38,679 nucleotides of DNA, from assembly GCA_047459275.1 (NCBI GenBank), contig VSDC01000001.1, positions 1 to 38,679 on the forward strand, given 5' to 3'. The DNA comes from Gemmatimonadota bacterium (GTDB taxonomy: Bacteria > Gemmatimonadota > Gemmatimonadetes > Longimicrobiales > RSA9). Shown in pieces: positions 8,809 to 16,855 of the stretch. Position 1 is the first letter of the stretch. Each line of letters starts with the position of its first letter. The notes beneath the pieces were generated by a model that saw nothing but the letters and a program-made list of their open reading frames with translations, searched no databases and had not been told where the DNA came from. The position numbers and the translations under genes are program-made.

Positions 8809-9145
8809 CGCGTCACTCCAGGGCGGCCCGTCGCTCCGGTCCGCGCCGCAACGCGCCCGCATCCCGTCGTGCAGGCGCTCTGTTTCCAGCGGGGTCGTGC
8901 AACACACGCGCCTGGACCCACGAGGCGTCCCGGGCCCGATTCTTCCAGTGCGCGCCGCCTCCGGAGGCGCGGCCGGACGTTCCGCCCCCGTGGCATCTCG
9001 CGGCTCTCGCGGGCCCTGGCACCCCGGAAACCCGCCCGCGCGCCGGCCAACGGCCGACGCCCCTGGCGCCTCAGTGGTCGCTCGCTATATTTGCCGCCGT
9101 TTTTTGCGGTACTCCGGGCGCCGCCCGCGGACGTACCGTCGGTAG

Positions 9146-9460
9146 TTGCCCACGAACGACGATCAGGAGGTTCGATTGGCTCGGAAGAAACACGATAGAT
9201 TCGCTACGAAATCGCTGTTCGATCGGGCGCGCGACGAGCTCTTCAGCCATATCCACCGGTGCGGCGTCATCGGCGCCACCGAGGAGCAGCAGATCGAGTG
9301 GATGGACGATACATTGAACTTCATGGCGGAACGCTACCCGGATCTCACCAAGCAGGAGCTCGAGGAGCTTCGCGTTCTGGGGCTGCGGTTCTGCCAGCCT
9401 GTCATCCCGCACGGCCGGCAGCGGGCCCCGGAGAAGGAGGACGAAGCGAACGCTGCCTGA
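9146..9460 (+). CDS. Hypothetical small cytoplasmic protein
   Basis: 104-codon ORF. The more likely start is TTG 9176, 5 nt after AGGAGG (9165-9170), giving (M)ARKKHDRFATKSLFDRARDELF... No family recognised. Confidence 0.5.
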   Translation: MPTNDDQEVRLARKKHDRFATKSLFDRARDELFSHIHRCGVIGATEEQQIEWMDDTLNFMAERYPDLTKQELEELRVLGLRFCQPVIPHGRQRAPEKEDEANAA

Positions 9461-9673
9461 TGCCGACCCCTGGCCGCCGCTTCCGTCGCGGAGCGGTGGC
9501 GCTGCTGAAGCCGGGGACGCACGGTCGCTGATGTGCGATCCTGCGTCCCGATCTGTTTTGTCCGCGGTGCTTTCCGGCCTGGCGCTCCCGTCAGCCGTCC
9601 CATCGCCCTCCGCCCCCAAACATCCGTTTCCCCGGAACGACAATTGCGCTCGGCTCCAGGGGCGGAGGTGTCT

Positions 9674-10042
9674 ATGGTTACCAGATTCGGGACCGAGGTC
9701 GGGGCCGGCCCCATGCCGGGGCCCGTCGATCCCCGCTTCATCCAGGCGTTCTACGCGGGCGCGCAGGTGCCATGTCACGTGGGGTGCGGCGGCCGCGCCG
9801 AGGTCGTGCGCGTCGGCACCACGCCCGACGGGTGCGGCGAGCTCTGGTTCGAGTGCGGAAGCTGCGCGCAGCGCGTGCGGCTCGAGGTGCCCAAGGCGTC
9901 CGACGAAGAAGTCCAGGCGGTGCGCCGGGCCCTGGAGGACGGCGGTGAGGCGGTGTGCCCGCGGCACGCGAGGCGCACGCCCCTCTATCCGAGGGGGCGT
10001 CAGCTCGTCTGCCCCGAGTGTGGCGTTCTCTTTGGCGCATGA
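9674..10042 (+). CDS. Double zinc-ribbon protein (four CxxC/CxxH-type pairs)
   Basis: 122 aa from ATG 9674, with GGAGG 6 nt upstream. CHVGC...CGSC and CPRH...CPEC pairs. Stop TGA 10040-10042 overlaps the PBP2 ATG (ATGA). Confidence 0.6.
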   Translation: MVTRFGTEVGAGPMPGPVDPRFIQAFYAGAQVPCHVGCGGRAEVVRVGTTPDGCGELWFECGSCAQRVRLEVPKASDEEVQAVRRALEDGGEAVCPRHARRTPLYPRGRQLVCPECGVLFGA

Positions 10043-11958
10043 CGCGTGGAATGGTCAGGAGCGGGCGGATCGAGCATCCGCGTACGCTTCGACGACGGCG
10101 CAGCCAGGGGGCGCGGGCGGCGATCGCGATCAGCGCCGCCGCGCTCACGTTCGCGCTGGCCAAGATCCAGCTCTTCACCTCCGAGCATTACGCACTGATC
10201 GCGAAGGAGAACCGCTTGCGCCCGGTCGTGGTGCCCGCGCCGCGGGGGACCATCTACGACCGGCACGGGCGCATCGTGGCCGAGAACGACGTCGGCTACC
10301 AGGTGCTCGTCATGCCGGCGCCGATGGATTCGATCCTGGCCGTCGTGGAGCGGCTCAGGCCGATCCTGGGGCTGTCGGACGACGAGATCGAGAGGGCGCT
10401 CCGGAAGTATCGGCGTGAGAGCCATCTCCCGATGGTGCTGGACCACGATGCGTCGTACACCGCGGTCTCCCGGCTGCAGGAGCGGCGCTTCCTGTTCCCG
10501 GGCGTGTTGATCCACGAGTACCCGAAGCGTCGTTATCCGGCGGGCTCGGAGGTGGCGCACCTGGTCGGCTACGTGTCCGAGATCAGCGAGGCGGAGCTCT
10601 CGCTCCCGGAGTTCGCGGGCTACAGACAGGGCCGCTGGATCGGAAAGTCCGGCCTGGAACGGTCGTACGAGAGGGTGTTAGGCGGCGAGCCCGGGATGCG
10701 TTACCTAGAGGTGGACGCGCTCGGCCGGATCAAGCGCTGGCTCCCCGAAGAAGCGGGCGTGCCGCCGATCCCCGGCCAGGACCTGCGGCTCTATCTGGAC
10801 CTGGACCTTCAGCGCTACGTGGCCGAGCTCTTCCGTTCGATGGCCGCGGAAGCCGGGATCTCCGATTTCCAGGCGGCGTTCGTGGCCATCGAGCCGGAGA
10901 CCGGTGGCGTCCTCGCCCTGTACGCGACCCCGAACTTCGATCCGAACGCCTTCGTCGGCGGCATCCGTCCGGAACTCTGGCGGCAACTGAACGAGGATCC
11001 GCTTGTTCCTCTCCTGAACCGCGCCAGTGGGGCCGCGCAGCCGCCGGGATCCACGTTCAAGATGGCGACCGCGGCGATGGCCATGCAGCTCGGCCTCCTC
11101 AAGCCCGGTGACCGGATGCCGATCGCGTGCTCGGGAGGGCTGCGCTACGAGGGTCGATACGCGCGCTGCTGGCTCGGGTCGGGGCACGGATCCCTCGACC
11201 TCGTGGGCGCGATCAAGAACTCGTGCAACGTCTACTTCTACCAGGTCGGCATCAAGATCGGGCTAGACCGGTTCCTGGAGATGGGCACCCGGATGGGGTT
11301 CGGCGCGCCGACCGGGATCGACCTTCCGGACGAGCTGTCCAGCATCTTCCCCACGAGCAGGGACTGGTGGATGAAGCGTTGGGGCTATCGGCCGAACGAG
11401 AACGAGATCATGTCGCTCTCGATCGGGCAGGGCGCGGTGAATCTGACGCCCCTCAAGCTGGCGCAGCTCTACGTGGCCGTCGCGCGGCGCGACGGCAAGG
11501 CGCCGGTGCCGCGCATCGTCCGCACGAACGAGCCGCCGAAGGTGGGGCTCGATCTCGGGATCCGGGACGAGCAGATCATGGTGCTGCGCAAGGGGTTGCG
11601 CCGCGTGGTCGGCCCCGGCGGCACCGCGGCGCTGAGCAGGCTGCCGGTCTGGGATTTCCTCGGCAAGACCGGAACGGCACAGAACCCGCATGGCGAAGAT
11701 CACGCGTGGTTCGTCGGGATCGCAGGCCCGTGGGGCAGGGAGCCCGAGATCGTCGCTGCCATGCTCCTCGCCCACGGTGAACACGGGTACGTTGCGTCCG
11801 GCGTCGTCGCCAACGCGGTCAACTTCTACCTGAATCGGAAGTACGGCCTGCCATTCGACCGGTATCCGACCGTGCGCGACCGGTTGCCGCGCAACCTCCC
11901 GGTCGACTGGCGGTGGTACATGTCCGAGGTCGTCGATCCACCCGACCCGGAACCCTGA
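10039..11958 (+). CDS. mrdA: Penicillin-binding protein 2 (class B elongation transpeptidase)
   Basis: N-terminal TM segment, PBP dimerisation region (PRGTIYDRHGRIVAEN), transpeptidase motifs STFK, SCN (KNSCNVYF), KTGTA. Start at ATG 10039, not at 9955. Confidence 0.9.
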   Translation: MTRGMVRSGRIEHPRTLRRRRSQGARAAIAISAAALTFALAKIQLFTSEHYALIAKENRLRPVVVPAPRGTIYDRHGRIVAENDVGYQVLVMPAPMDSILAVVERLRPILGLSDDEIERALRKYRRESHLPMVLDHDASYTAVSRLQERRFLFPGVLIHEYPKRRYPAGSEVAHLVGYVSEISEAELSLPEFAGYRQGRWIGKSGLERSYERVLGGEPGMRYLEVDALGRIKRWLPEEAGVPPIPGQDLRLYLDLDLQRYVAELFRSMAAEAGISDFQAAFVAIEPETGGVLALYATPNFDPNAFVGGIRPELWRQLNEDPLVPLLNRASGAAQPPGSTFKMATAAMAMQLGLLKPGDRMPIACSGGLRYEGRYARCWLGSGHGSLDLVGAIKNSCNVYFYQVGIKIGLDRFLEMGTRMGFGAPTGIDLPDELSSIFPTSRDWWMKRWGYRPNENEIMSLSIGQGAVNLTPLKLAQLYVAVARRDGKAPVPRIVRTNEPPKVGLDLGIRDEQIMVLRKGLRRVVGPGGTAALSRLPVWDFLGKTGTAQNPHGEDHAWFVGIAGPWGREPEIVAAMLLAHGEHGYVASGVVANAVNFYLNRKYGLPFDRYPTVRDRLPRNLPVDWRWYMSEVVDPPDPEP

Positions 11959-12081
11959 TCCGCGTCGTCCGTAGTATCAGCAACTACACGCGGCCGACGG
12001 GGATCGGCGCTCGGGACGCGGGCCGGGTCCGCGCCCGTCCCCGGGTCGGCCCATGGCGTGCCGGCCGAAAGGAGGCAGACC

Positions 12082-12438
12082 ATGTCTCTGCGGCGGTTCT
12101 CAACGGCTCTCCCCCTCCTCCTGCTCGCTGCGGCGGGCTTCACGCTGCCAGAGGAGTTCCCGGCGGCGGCACCGGCGCGAGTCGTGGTTCAGAACGACAC
12201 CTACTCCTCCCTCCTGATCTCCATCATGGATGAGGCGGGCAGGGAATCGTCGCTCGGCCAGGCGCCGCCGGAGTTCTCCAACACGTTGCTGATCCGGGAG
12301 CCGCTCCCGGAGGGCGATGTCCGATTTCTCGCCCGGCTCGTGGGCGAGACGGACGTGCTCTACCGATCGGCCCCGGTCCGCCTTCGCCCCGGCGCACGCC
12401 TGGTCTGGCGGTTACCGGAGAATCGGCTCGAACAGTGA
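12082..12438 (+). CDS. Small secreted hypothetical protein
   Basis: 118 aa from ATG 12082, with GGAGG 7 nt upstream. Signal peptide MSLRRFSTALPLLLLAAAGF. No family recognised. Confidence 0.55.
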   Translation: MSLRRFSTALPLLLLAAAGFTLPEEFPAAAPARVVVQNDTYSSLLISIMDEAGRESSLGQAPPEFSNTLLIREPLPEGDVRFLARLVGETDVLYRSAPVRLRPGARLVWRLPENRLEQ

Positions 12439-12562
12439 CCCAACACGGGGGTGGCAGCCGCTCACACCCGTGAGTAAATTGTGAGCCGTTGCCCCGACGG
12501 CATCCTCTTCCCGGTCCCCACACCTGACACAGCGGTCTCGACGCAGAGAGGAGGCGCAGAGC

Positions 12563-13627
12563 ATGGCCACACCGTTCCTCAGCTCGGAGGAGTACGATGA
12601 GCGCGCGCATCGTCTGTACAACGCCGGCGATTACGACCGGGCGCTCGAGATGCTGAAGGAAGGGTTGGTCCTCTACCCTCATTGCGCCGACCTCCACGTG
12701 GGCCTCGGCTACACGCGCTTGGCGCGCGAGGAGTTCGCCTGGGCCCGGCAGTCTTTCGAGACGGCGATCGCGCTGGAGCCCGATCACGAGGACGCTCTGG
12801 TCGGGCTCGGCGAGGTGCTGCTGCGACTGGGTCGAAGGGAGGAAGCGCTCGAGCTGTTCGAGCGCGTGCGGCGGGGAGCCGGCGCGGATGACCTCGATCT
12901 GCTCCTTTCGATGGGGCGCGCGCTCTACCGGGCCGGTCTCTTCGAGGACGCGTGCAGCGTCTTCGTCGAGGCCACGGAGCTGCACCCGGACAGCGCCGAT
13001 GCCCACGCGGCGCTCGGCTACACGCTCCACCGCCTCGGACGGATGGGCGCCGCGCGTCGGGAGCTGCGTCGCGCACTGCGGCTCGACCCGCACCTCCACG
13101 AGGCGCGGATCTACCTCGGCCACCTCCTCTACGAGAAGGGCGAGTTCGAAGCCGCGCTCCGGCAGTTCGAGCGAGTTCCGACGTCCGAGCACTGGGATCC
13201 GATGGCGCTCTGGCGCCTCGTGGAGCTGAAGCAGTCGCTCGATGGGCTGCGTCCCGACCATCCGCTCCTGGCCGAGTGGGAGGCGCGGCGAGTGGAGCTC
13301 GAGACTCCGCTCGATCCGATCGACGCGCTCCTGGCCGAGATCGAGAGGGGCGTGCTCGAGGCCGAGGAAGACGAGGCGTGGGCCAAGGGCGACGGCCGGA
13401 TCCACCGCGTCCGCCTCCCCGATGGCCAGACCTATCACGGGAGCTGGTTCGACATCGTGCGCCAGCTCCGGGATGCGATCGGGTCCCCCGGCGAGTCGGT
13501 TGCACAGTTCATGCGGCGCCAGGCCGACGAGCAGCGTGCACGGACGGGGATCGGCATTCCGTCGGACGATCCCGAGGCGTTCCTCCGTGCCAGTGCGCGC
13601 GCGGGACTGCTGTGGATCGAGTGCTGA
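12563..13627 (+). CDS. TPR-repeat protein
   Basis: 354 aa. At least five TPR-like units (AGDYDRALEMLKEGL, FAWARQSFETAIALEPDH, EEALELFERV, FEDACSVFVEATELHPD, GEFEAALRQFERV). SD GGAGG. Confidence 0.75.
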   Translation: MATPFLSSEEYDERAHRLYNAGDYDRALEMLKEGLVLYPHCADLHVGLGYTRLAREEFAWARQSFETAIALEPDHEDALVGLGEVLLRLGRREEALELFERVRRGAGADDLDLLLSMGRALYRAGLFEDACSVFVEATELHPDSADAHAALGYTLHRLGRMGAARRELRRALRLDPHLHEARIYLGHLLYEKGEFEAALRQFERVPTSEHWDPMALWRLVELKQSLDGLRPDHPLLAEWEARRVELETPLDPIDALLAEIERGVLEAEEDEAWAKGDGRIHRVRLPDGQTYHGSWFDIVRQLRDAIGSPGESVAQFMRRQADEQRARTGIGIPSDDPEAFLRASARAGLLWIEC

Positions 13628-13631
13628 ACGG

Positions 13632-14627
13632 ATGACCGATCCCTCGCGCGTGCTTCGCCCTCTTGACGAGGCGGAGCACGCGATCCACATGCTGGAGGAG
13701 TACCGCACCGCCGACGAGCTCGGGCGCGCGGTCGTGGATTCGTGGCGCGCCGTCGATCACTCGTTGCGGTTGCTCCTGCGCTCGGATCCGGAGGTACCCG
13801 ACGAGCTACGCCTCGCAGCGCTCTCCCCGGATGAGCTGCCCCTCGAGCGGCTCTTGAATGCACTGCGCCATCGTGGTCTGATCTCGCTCGAGCTGGCCGG
13901 CTCCGCCCACGAACTCGGGCGCGCCGCCGAGCGCGCGCAGCACGGCGACGTGCGTGCTGTGGACGGCGACCTCGCGCTTCGCGTCGTCGCTCGTCTGCGC
14001 GAAGAGGTGACGGCACCGCGGCCGTCCGAGCCCGAGAAGGAGCCACTCGTGCTCGTGAGAGAGGAACGGGAGGAGGGTGCGGAGCCCGAGACGGGCGTGA
14101 CGCTCCCCCCGGAACGTTGGTCCGGCGCGCGACGCCTCACGATCGCGGCCGCCGTCGTTTCCGTACTCGTCCTCGTCGCGTTCCTTTTCGTGCTCGTGCG
14201 GTGGTTCGACGACAGGATGGAGACCGCGATCGCGGCGTTCGCCGCCGGCCGTCTGGACGAGGCCGAGACCACGTTCCAGGACGTTCTCGAGGACGCACCG
14301 GAGGACGTGACCGTGCTCCTCTATCTCGGCCGGATCAACCGCCGGCAGGGCGACCACGCCGCGGCGGCCGACTACCTGCGCCGTGCCGTGCGGCTCGCGC
14401 CCGACGATCCGGCGGTGCGCAGGGAACTCGGCCACCTGTTCATGGAGCTTGATCGGCCGACCTCGGCGGCCACACAATACCAGCGGGCCCTCGAGGCGGA
14501 TCCCGGTGATGAACGTGCCTGGATCGGCCTGATCCTGGCCCTCCGCGCCGCGGGCGATCCCAGGGCCGAGGAACTTCTGCGTCAGGCGCCGCCTTCGGTG
14601 CGCGCCGTCCTCACGACAGGGGAATGA
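13632..14627 (+). CDS. Membrane-anchored TPR protein (helical N-domain, one TM, C-terminal TPRs)
   Basis: ATG 13632 lies 4 nt after the previous stop. TM segment LTIAAAVVSVLVLVAFLFVLV. TPR units GRLDEAETTFQDVLEDAP, GDHAAAADYLRRAVRLAPDD, SAATQYQRALEADPGD. Confidence 0.7.
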   Translation: MTDPSRVLRPLDEAEHAIHMLEEYRTADELGRAVVDSWRAVDHSLRLLLRSDPEVPDELRLAALSPDELPLERLLNALRHRGLISLELAGSAHELGRAAERAQHGDVRAVDGDLALRVVARLREEVTAPRPSEPEKEPLVLVREEREEGAEPETGVTLPPERWSGARRLTIAAAVVSVLVLVAFLFVLVRWFDDRMETAIAAFAAGRLDEAETTFQDVLEDAPEDVTVLLYLGRINRRQGDHAAAADYLRRAVRLAPDDPAVRRELGHLFMELDRPTSAATQYQRALEADPGDERAWIGLILALRAAGDPRAEELLRQAPPSVRAVLTTGE

Positions 14628-14631
14628 AGCA

Positions 14632-15606
14632 ATGACCAACGACATTGTCGCCCGCCTGCACCTCGCTCTGGTGCAGGCGCTGCGGAACCGTGGTCCGGAC
14701 GCGCTGGACCGCCCGGTGACCGTTGCCGAGATCTACCAGGACCTGATCCCCTACCGCGTCGCGCGAGCGGTGGCCGGGGTCGAGCTCAACGCGGATTACG
14801 AGCACGCGCTCCTGCGGTTGTTCGCGGGCGAGGGTGGCCGGGTGCGGCTGGAGCCGGCGACGGCGCGCGAAGAACTGCTCCGCGAGCTCGACTCGCCCAA
14901 CCCGAACGTATCGCTGTACAGGAAGTTCGCCGCGTGCGACGCGTGGATCACCGTGCCGCCTGAACTTGGGCGCCAGCCGCAGGCTTCCCCTGCGAGCGGC
15001 GCGGAGTCCAACGCGCGGCCGGCCGCGTCCGCCGGCTCCCCGGCGGCGTCGGCCGGTTCCCCGGCCGGGTCCGCCGGATCCCCGGCTGCGCCGGCTACGG
15101 GTCCCGCGGCGGGGAAGGGCGCGGGCTCGGATTCCGGCGCGGGATCGAGCGCGGCGTCGGGGCAGGGCACGACTTCCGGATCGGGGCAGGGCTCGAGTCC
15201 CGCTGCCGGGCCGACGGCGAGCGCCGGAGCCGGGTCGGCGGCGAGCGCCGGAGCCGGGTCGGCGGCGAGCGCCGTCGGGGGGGCTGCGTCGCTTTCCGCG
15301 GCCCTTCGAGCGTCCAATGGTCCCGATGCATCCGGGACCGCCGCGGCGCCCGGGGCCGGCGGGGCGAAGGATCGCGCGCCGGCCTCACCCGTCGCGACTG
15401 CCACGTCTGGCGCGACGGCAGGCACCTGCGCCTTCTGCAAAGAGCGCTTGCCCGCGGGGCGTCCCGCGCGCTTCTGCCCGTACTGCGGCACGGACCAGAG
15501 CAAGGTCCCGTGTGCCCGCTGCGGCGAGGTGTTGGAGGTCGGTTGGCGGTTCTGCATCCAATGCGGCGCGCCGGCGGGCACGCCGGTGCGGGCTGGCGCC
15601 TCCTGA
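14632..15606 (+). CDS. Protein with N-domain, Ala/Ser/Gly/Pro low-complexity linker and C-terminal double zinc ribbon
   Basis: 324 aa. ATG lies 4 nt after the previous stop. C-terminus is CAFCKERL...FCPYCG...PCARCG...FCIQCG. The linker contains in-frame tandem DNA repeats. Confidence 0.7.
   Translation: MTNDIVARLHLALVQALRNRGPDALDRPVTVAEIYQDLIPYRVARAVAGVELNADYEHALLRLFAGEGGRVRLEPATAREELLRELDSPNPNVSLYRKFAACDAWITVPPELGRQPQASPASGAESNARPAASAGSPAASAGSPAGSAGSPAAPATGPAAGKGAGSDSGAGSSAASGQGTTSGSGQGSSPAAGPTASAGAGSAASAGAGSAASAVGGAASLSAALRASNGPDASGTAAAPGAGGAKDRAPASPVATATSGATAGTCAFCKERLPAGRPARFCPYCGTDQSKVPCARCGEVLEVGWRFCIQCGAPAGTPVRAGAS
15025..15087 (+). repeat. 3 x 21-nt in-frame tandem repeat (ASAGSPA units)
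   Basis: gcgtccgccggctccccggcg / gcgtcggccggttccccggcc / gggtccgccggatccccggct. In phase with the CDS that starts at 14632. Confidence 0.9.
15217..15274 (+). repeat. 2 perfect copies plus a partial third copy of a 24-nt in-frame tandem repeat (ASAGAGSA units)
   Basis: gcgagcgccggagccgggtcggcg occurs at 15217-15240 and identically at 15241-15264. The first 10 nt repeat again at 15265-15274. Confidence 0.95.
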
Positions 15607-15693
15607 CCGGCTGAGCCGAGCCGACGCGCCGGCGCGCCCCATCGCGGAGGACGGCGCGCGCCTTGCATCGCGCGCCCCGCGATTCTCGGACGG

Positions 15694-15722
15694 TTGACGT
15701 CCTCTCCGGCCGCCCTTATCTT
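15694..15722 (+). promoter_or_regulatory. Candidate promoter of the cytochrome c / cupredoxin-like pair
   Basis: TTGACG (15694-15699), 17-nt spacer, TATCTT (15717-15722), 95 nt upstream of ATG 15818. The same hexamer pair recurs at 30636-30665. Confidence 0.45.
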
Positions 15723-15817
15723 CGGCCCCCGGTCCGGCGCCTGGCAGTGCCGGATCGCCCATACGACGTCACGAGCGGGCAGAGCCCGCGAGCTGAATCC
15801 AAGCGAGGAGGACGCCC

Positions 15818-16288
15818 ATGCGCTGGACGAAGAGGACCGCGGGCTTCGCCGCGGTGATGGTGATGGGGATGGGCATGGCTGCGTGCCAGCCGTCCGGGGA
15901 GCAGCCGGCTGCGGAGCAGCAGCAGCAGCCGGCGGCGCAGGCTCCGGCGGCCCAGCCCGCTGCGCCTGCCGAGCTGCCGGCCGGTGTGACGCAGGAGATG
16001 TATGCTCAGGGCCAGGCGCTCTTCACCGGGCAGGGGATCTGCTACACCTGCCACGGGATGAACGCCGAGGGCTCGCAGCTCGCGCCGAACCTGCGCGACG
16101 ACGAGTGGCTGTGGGTCGACCCGGCGCAGGGGAATCTGCAGCAGCAGATCGCCCAGATCATCCGGACGGGCGTCCCGCAGCCGAAGCAGTACCCGGCGCC
16201 GATGCCGCCCATGGCCGGCGTGCAGCTCTCGGACGATCAGATCCAGGCGCTTTCCGCGTACGTGGCCTCGATCGCCGGCACGCAGTGA
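15818..16288 (+). CDS. c-type monoheme cytochrome, lipoprotein
   Basis: 156 aa. Signal/lipobox MGMGMAAC, Gln/Ala/Pro linker, heme motif CYTCH, downstream Met-rich PMPPM (candidate axial ligand). Confidence 0.85.
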   Translation: MRWTKRTAGFAAVMVMGMGMAACQPSGEQPAAEQQQQPAAQAPAAQPAAPAELPAGVTQEMYAQGQALFTGQGICYTCHGMNAEGSQLAPNLRDDEWLWVDPAQGNLQQQIAQIIRTGVPQPKQYPAPMPPMAGVQLSDDQIQALSAYVASIAGTQ

Positions 16289-16291
16289 GTC

Positions 16292-16798
16292 GTGGGCAGC
16301 GGAAGACGGACTCTCGCGTCGGGGCGCTCGCTGCGCGAGCGCCCCGACGTCGTTTGGGCGTTCCTCTGGGCGCTCCTCCTCGCGCTTCCGGCCGCGGCCT
16401 GCAAGGCGCCGCCCCTCGGCGACGGCGGTGAGGTCCTCGAGCTCGAGTCCAGCACCGTGCGGCTCGAGCCGGGCGTCGTCGTGGCGGACGTGGAGCTCGG
16501 CGGGGAGGGCGTGCTCACCCCGGACACGACCCGGATCCGCGTGGGCGACGTCGTGCGCTTCACCGCCGGCGACAGCCGCGCCCACACCGTCGTGTTCGAG
16601 CGGGACCAGATCGACTCCGTCGCCGTCGCATACCTCGACCGTACCGCCCAGCTCCGGAGCCCGCCCCTCCTGACGACCGGCTCGCAGTGGATCGTGAGCT
16701 TCGAGGGCGCGCCGCCCGGGGTCTACCCCTTCGTCGACATCGCGACCGGGGCTCGGGGAGTCGTCCTCGTGGTCGCTCCCGCCACACCCAACCCCTGA
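16292..16798 (+). CDS. Cupredoxin-like domain protein lacking the type-1 Cu ligand loop
   Basis: 168 aa. GTG lies 3 nt after the cytochrome stop. Signal LLLALPAAAC. GDVVRFTAGDSRAHTVVF and PGVYPFVDIATGARGVVLVV resemble the plastocyanin-like strands, but D/T/R replace the C/H/M ligands. Confidence 0.55.
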   Translation: MGSGRRTLASGRSLRERPDVVWAFLWALLLALPAAACKAPPLGDGGEVLELESSTVRLEPGVVVADVELGGEGVLTPDTTRIRVGDVVRFTAGDSRAHTVVFERDQIDSVAVAYLDRTAQLRSPPLLTTGSQWIVSFEGAPPGVYPFVDIATGARGVVLVVAPATPNP

Positions 16799-16855
16799 GC
16801 TCGCCCGGGGCCCGCCCGCTGGCGCCGACTCCGCCGGGCGCCTATACTCCCCGAC

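Noticed and set aside
12452-12480. TGGCAG...TAAATT upstream of the TPR operon, considered as a sigma54 or sigma70 promoter.
   Set aside because: No TTGC element lies at the sigma54 spacing, and the -35 match for sigma70 is poor. Only the TAAATT box and a preceding 10-bp hairpin (12444-12472) are visible.
16292-16798. Annotation as a functional blue-copper (type-1) electron carrier.
   Set aside because: The positions expected for the Cys, second His and Met ligands are occupied by Asp, Thr and Arg in a shortened loop. Only the fold-level resemblance is retained.
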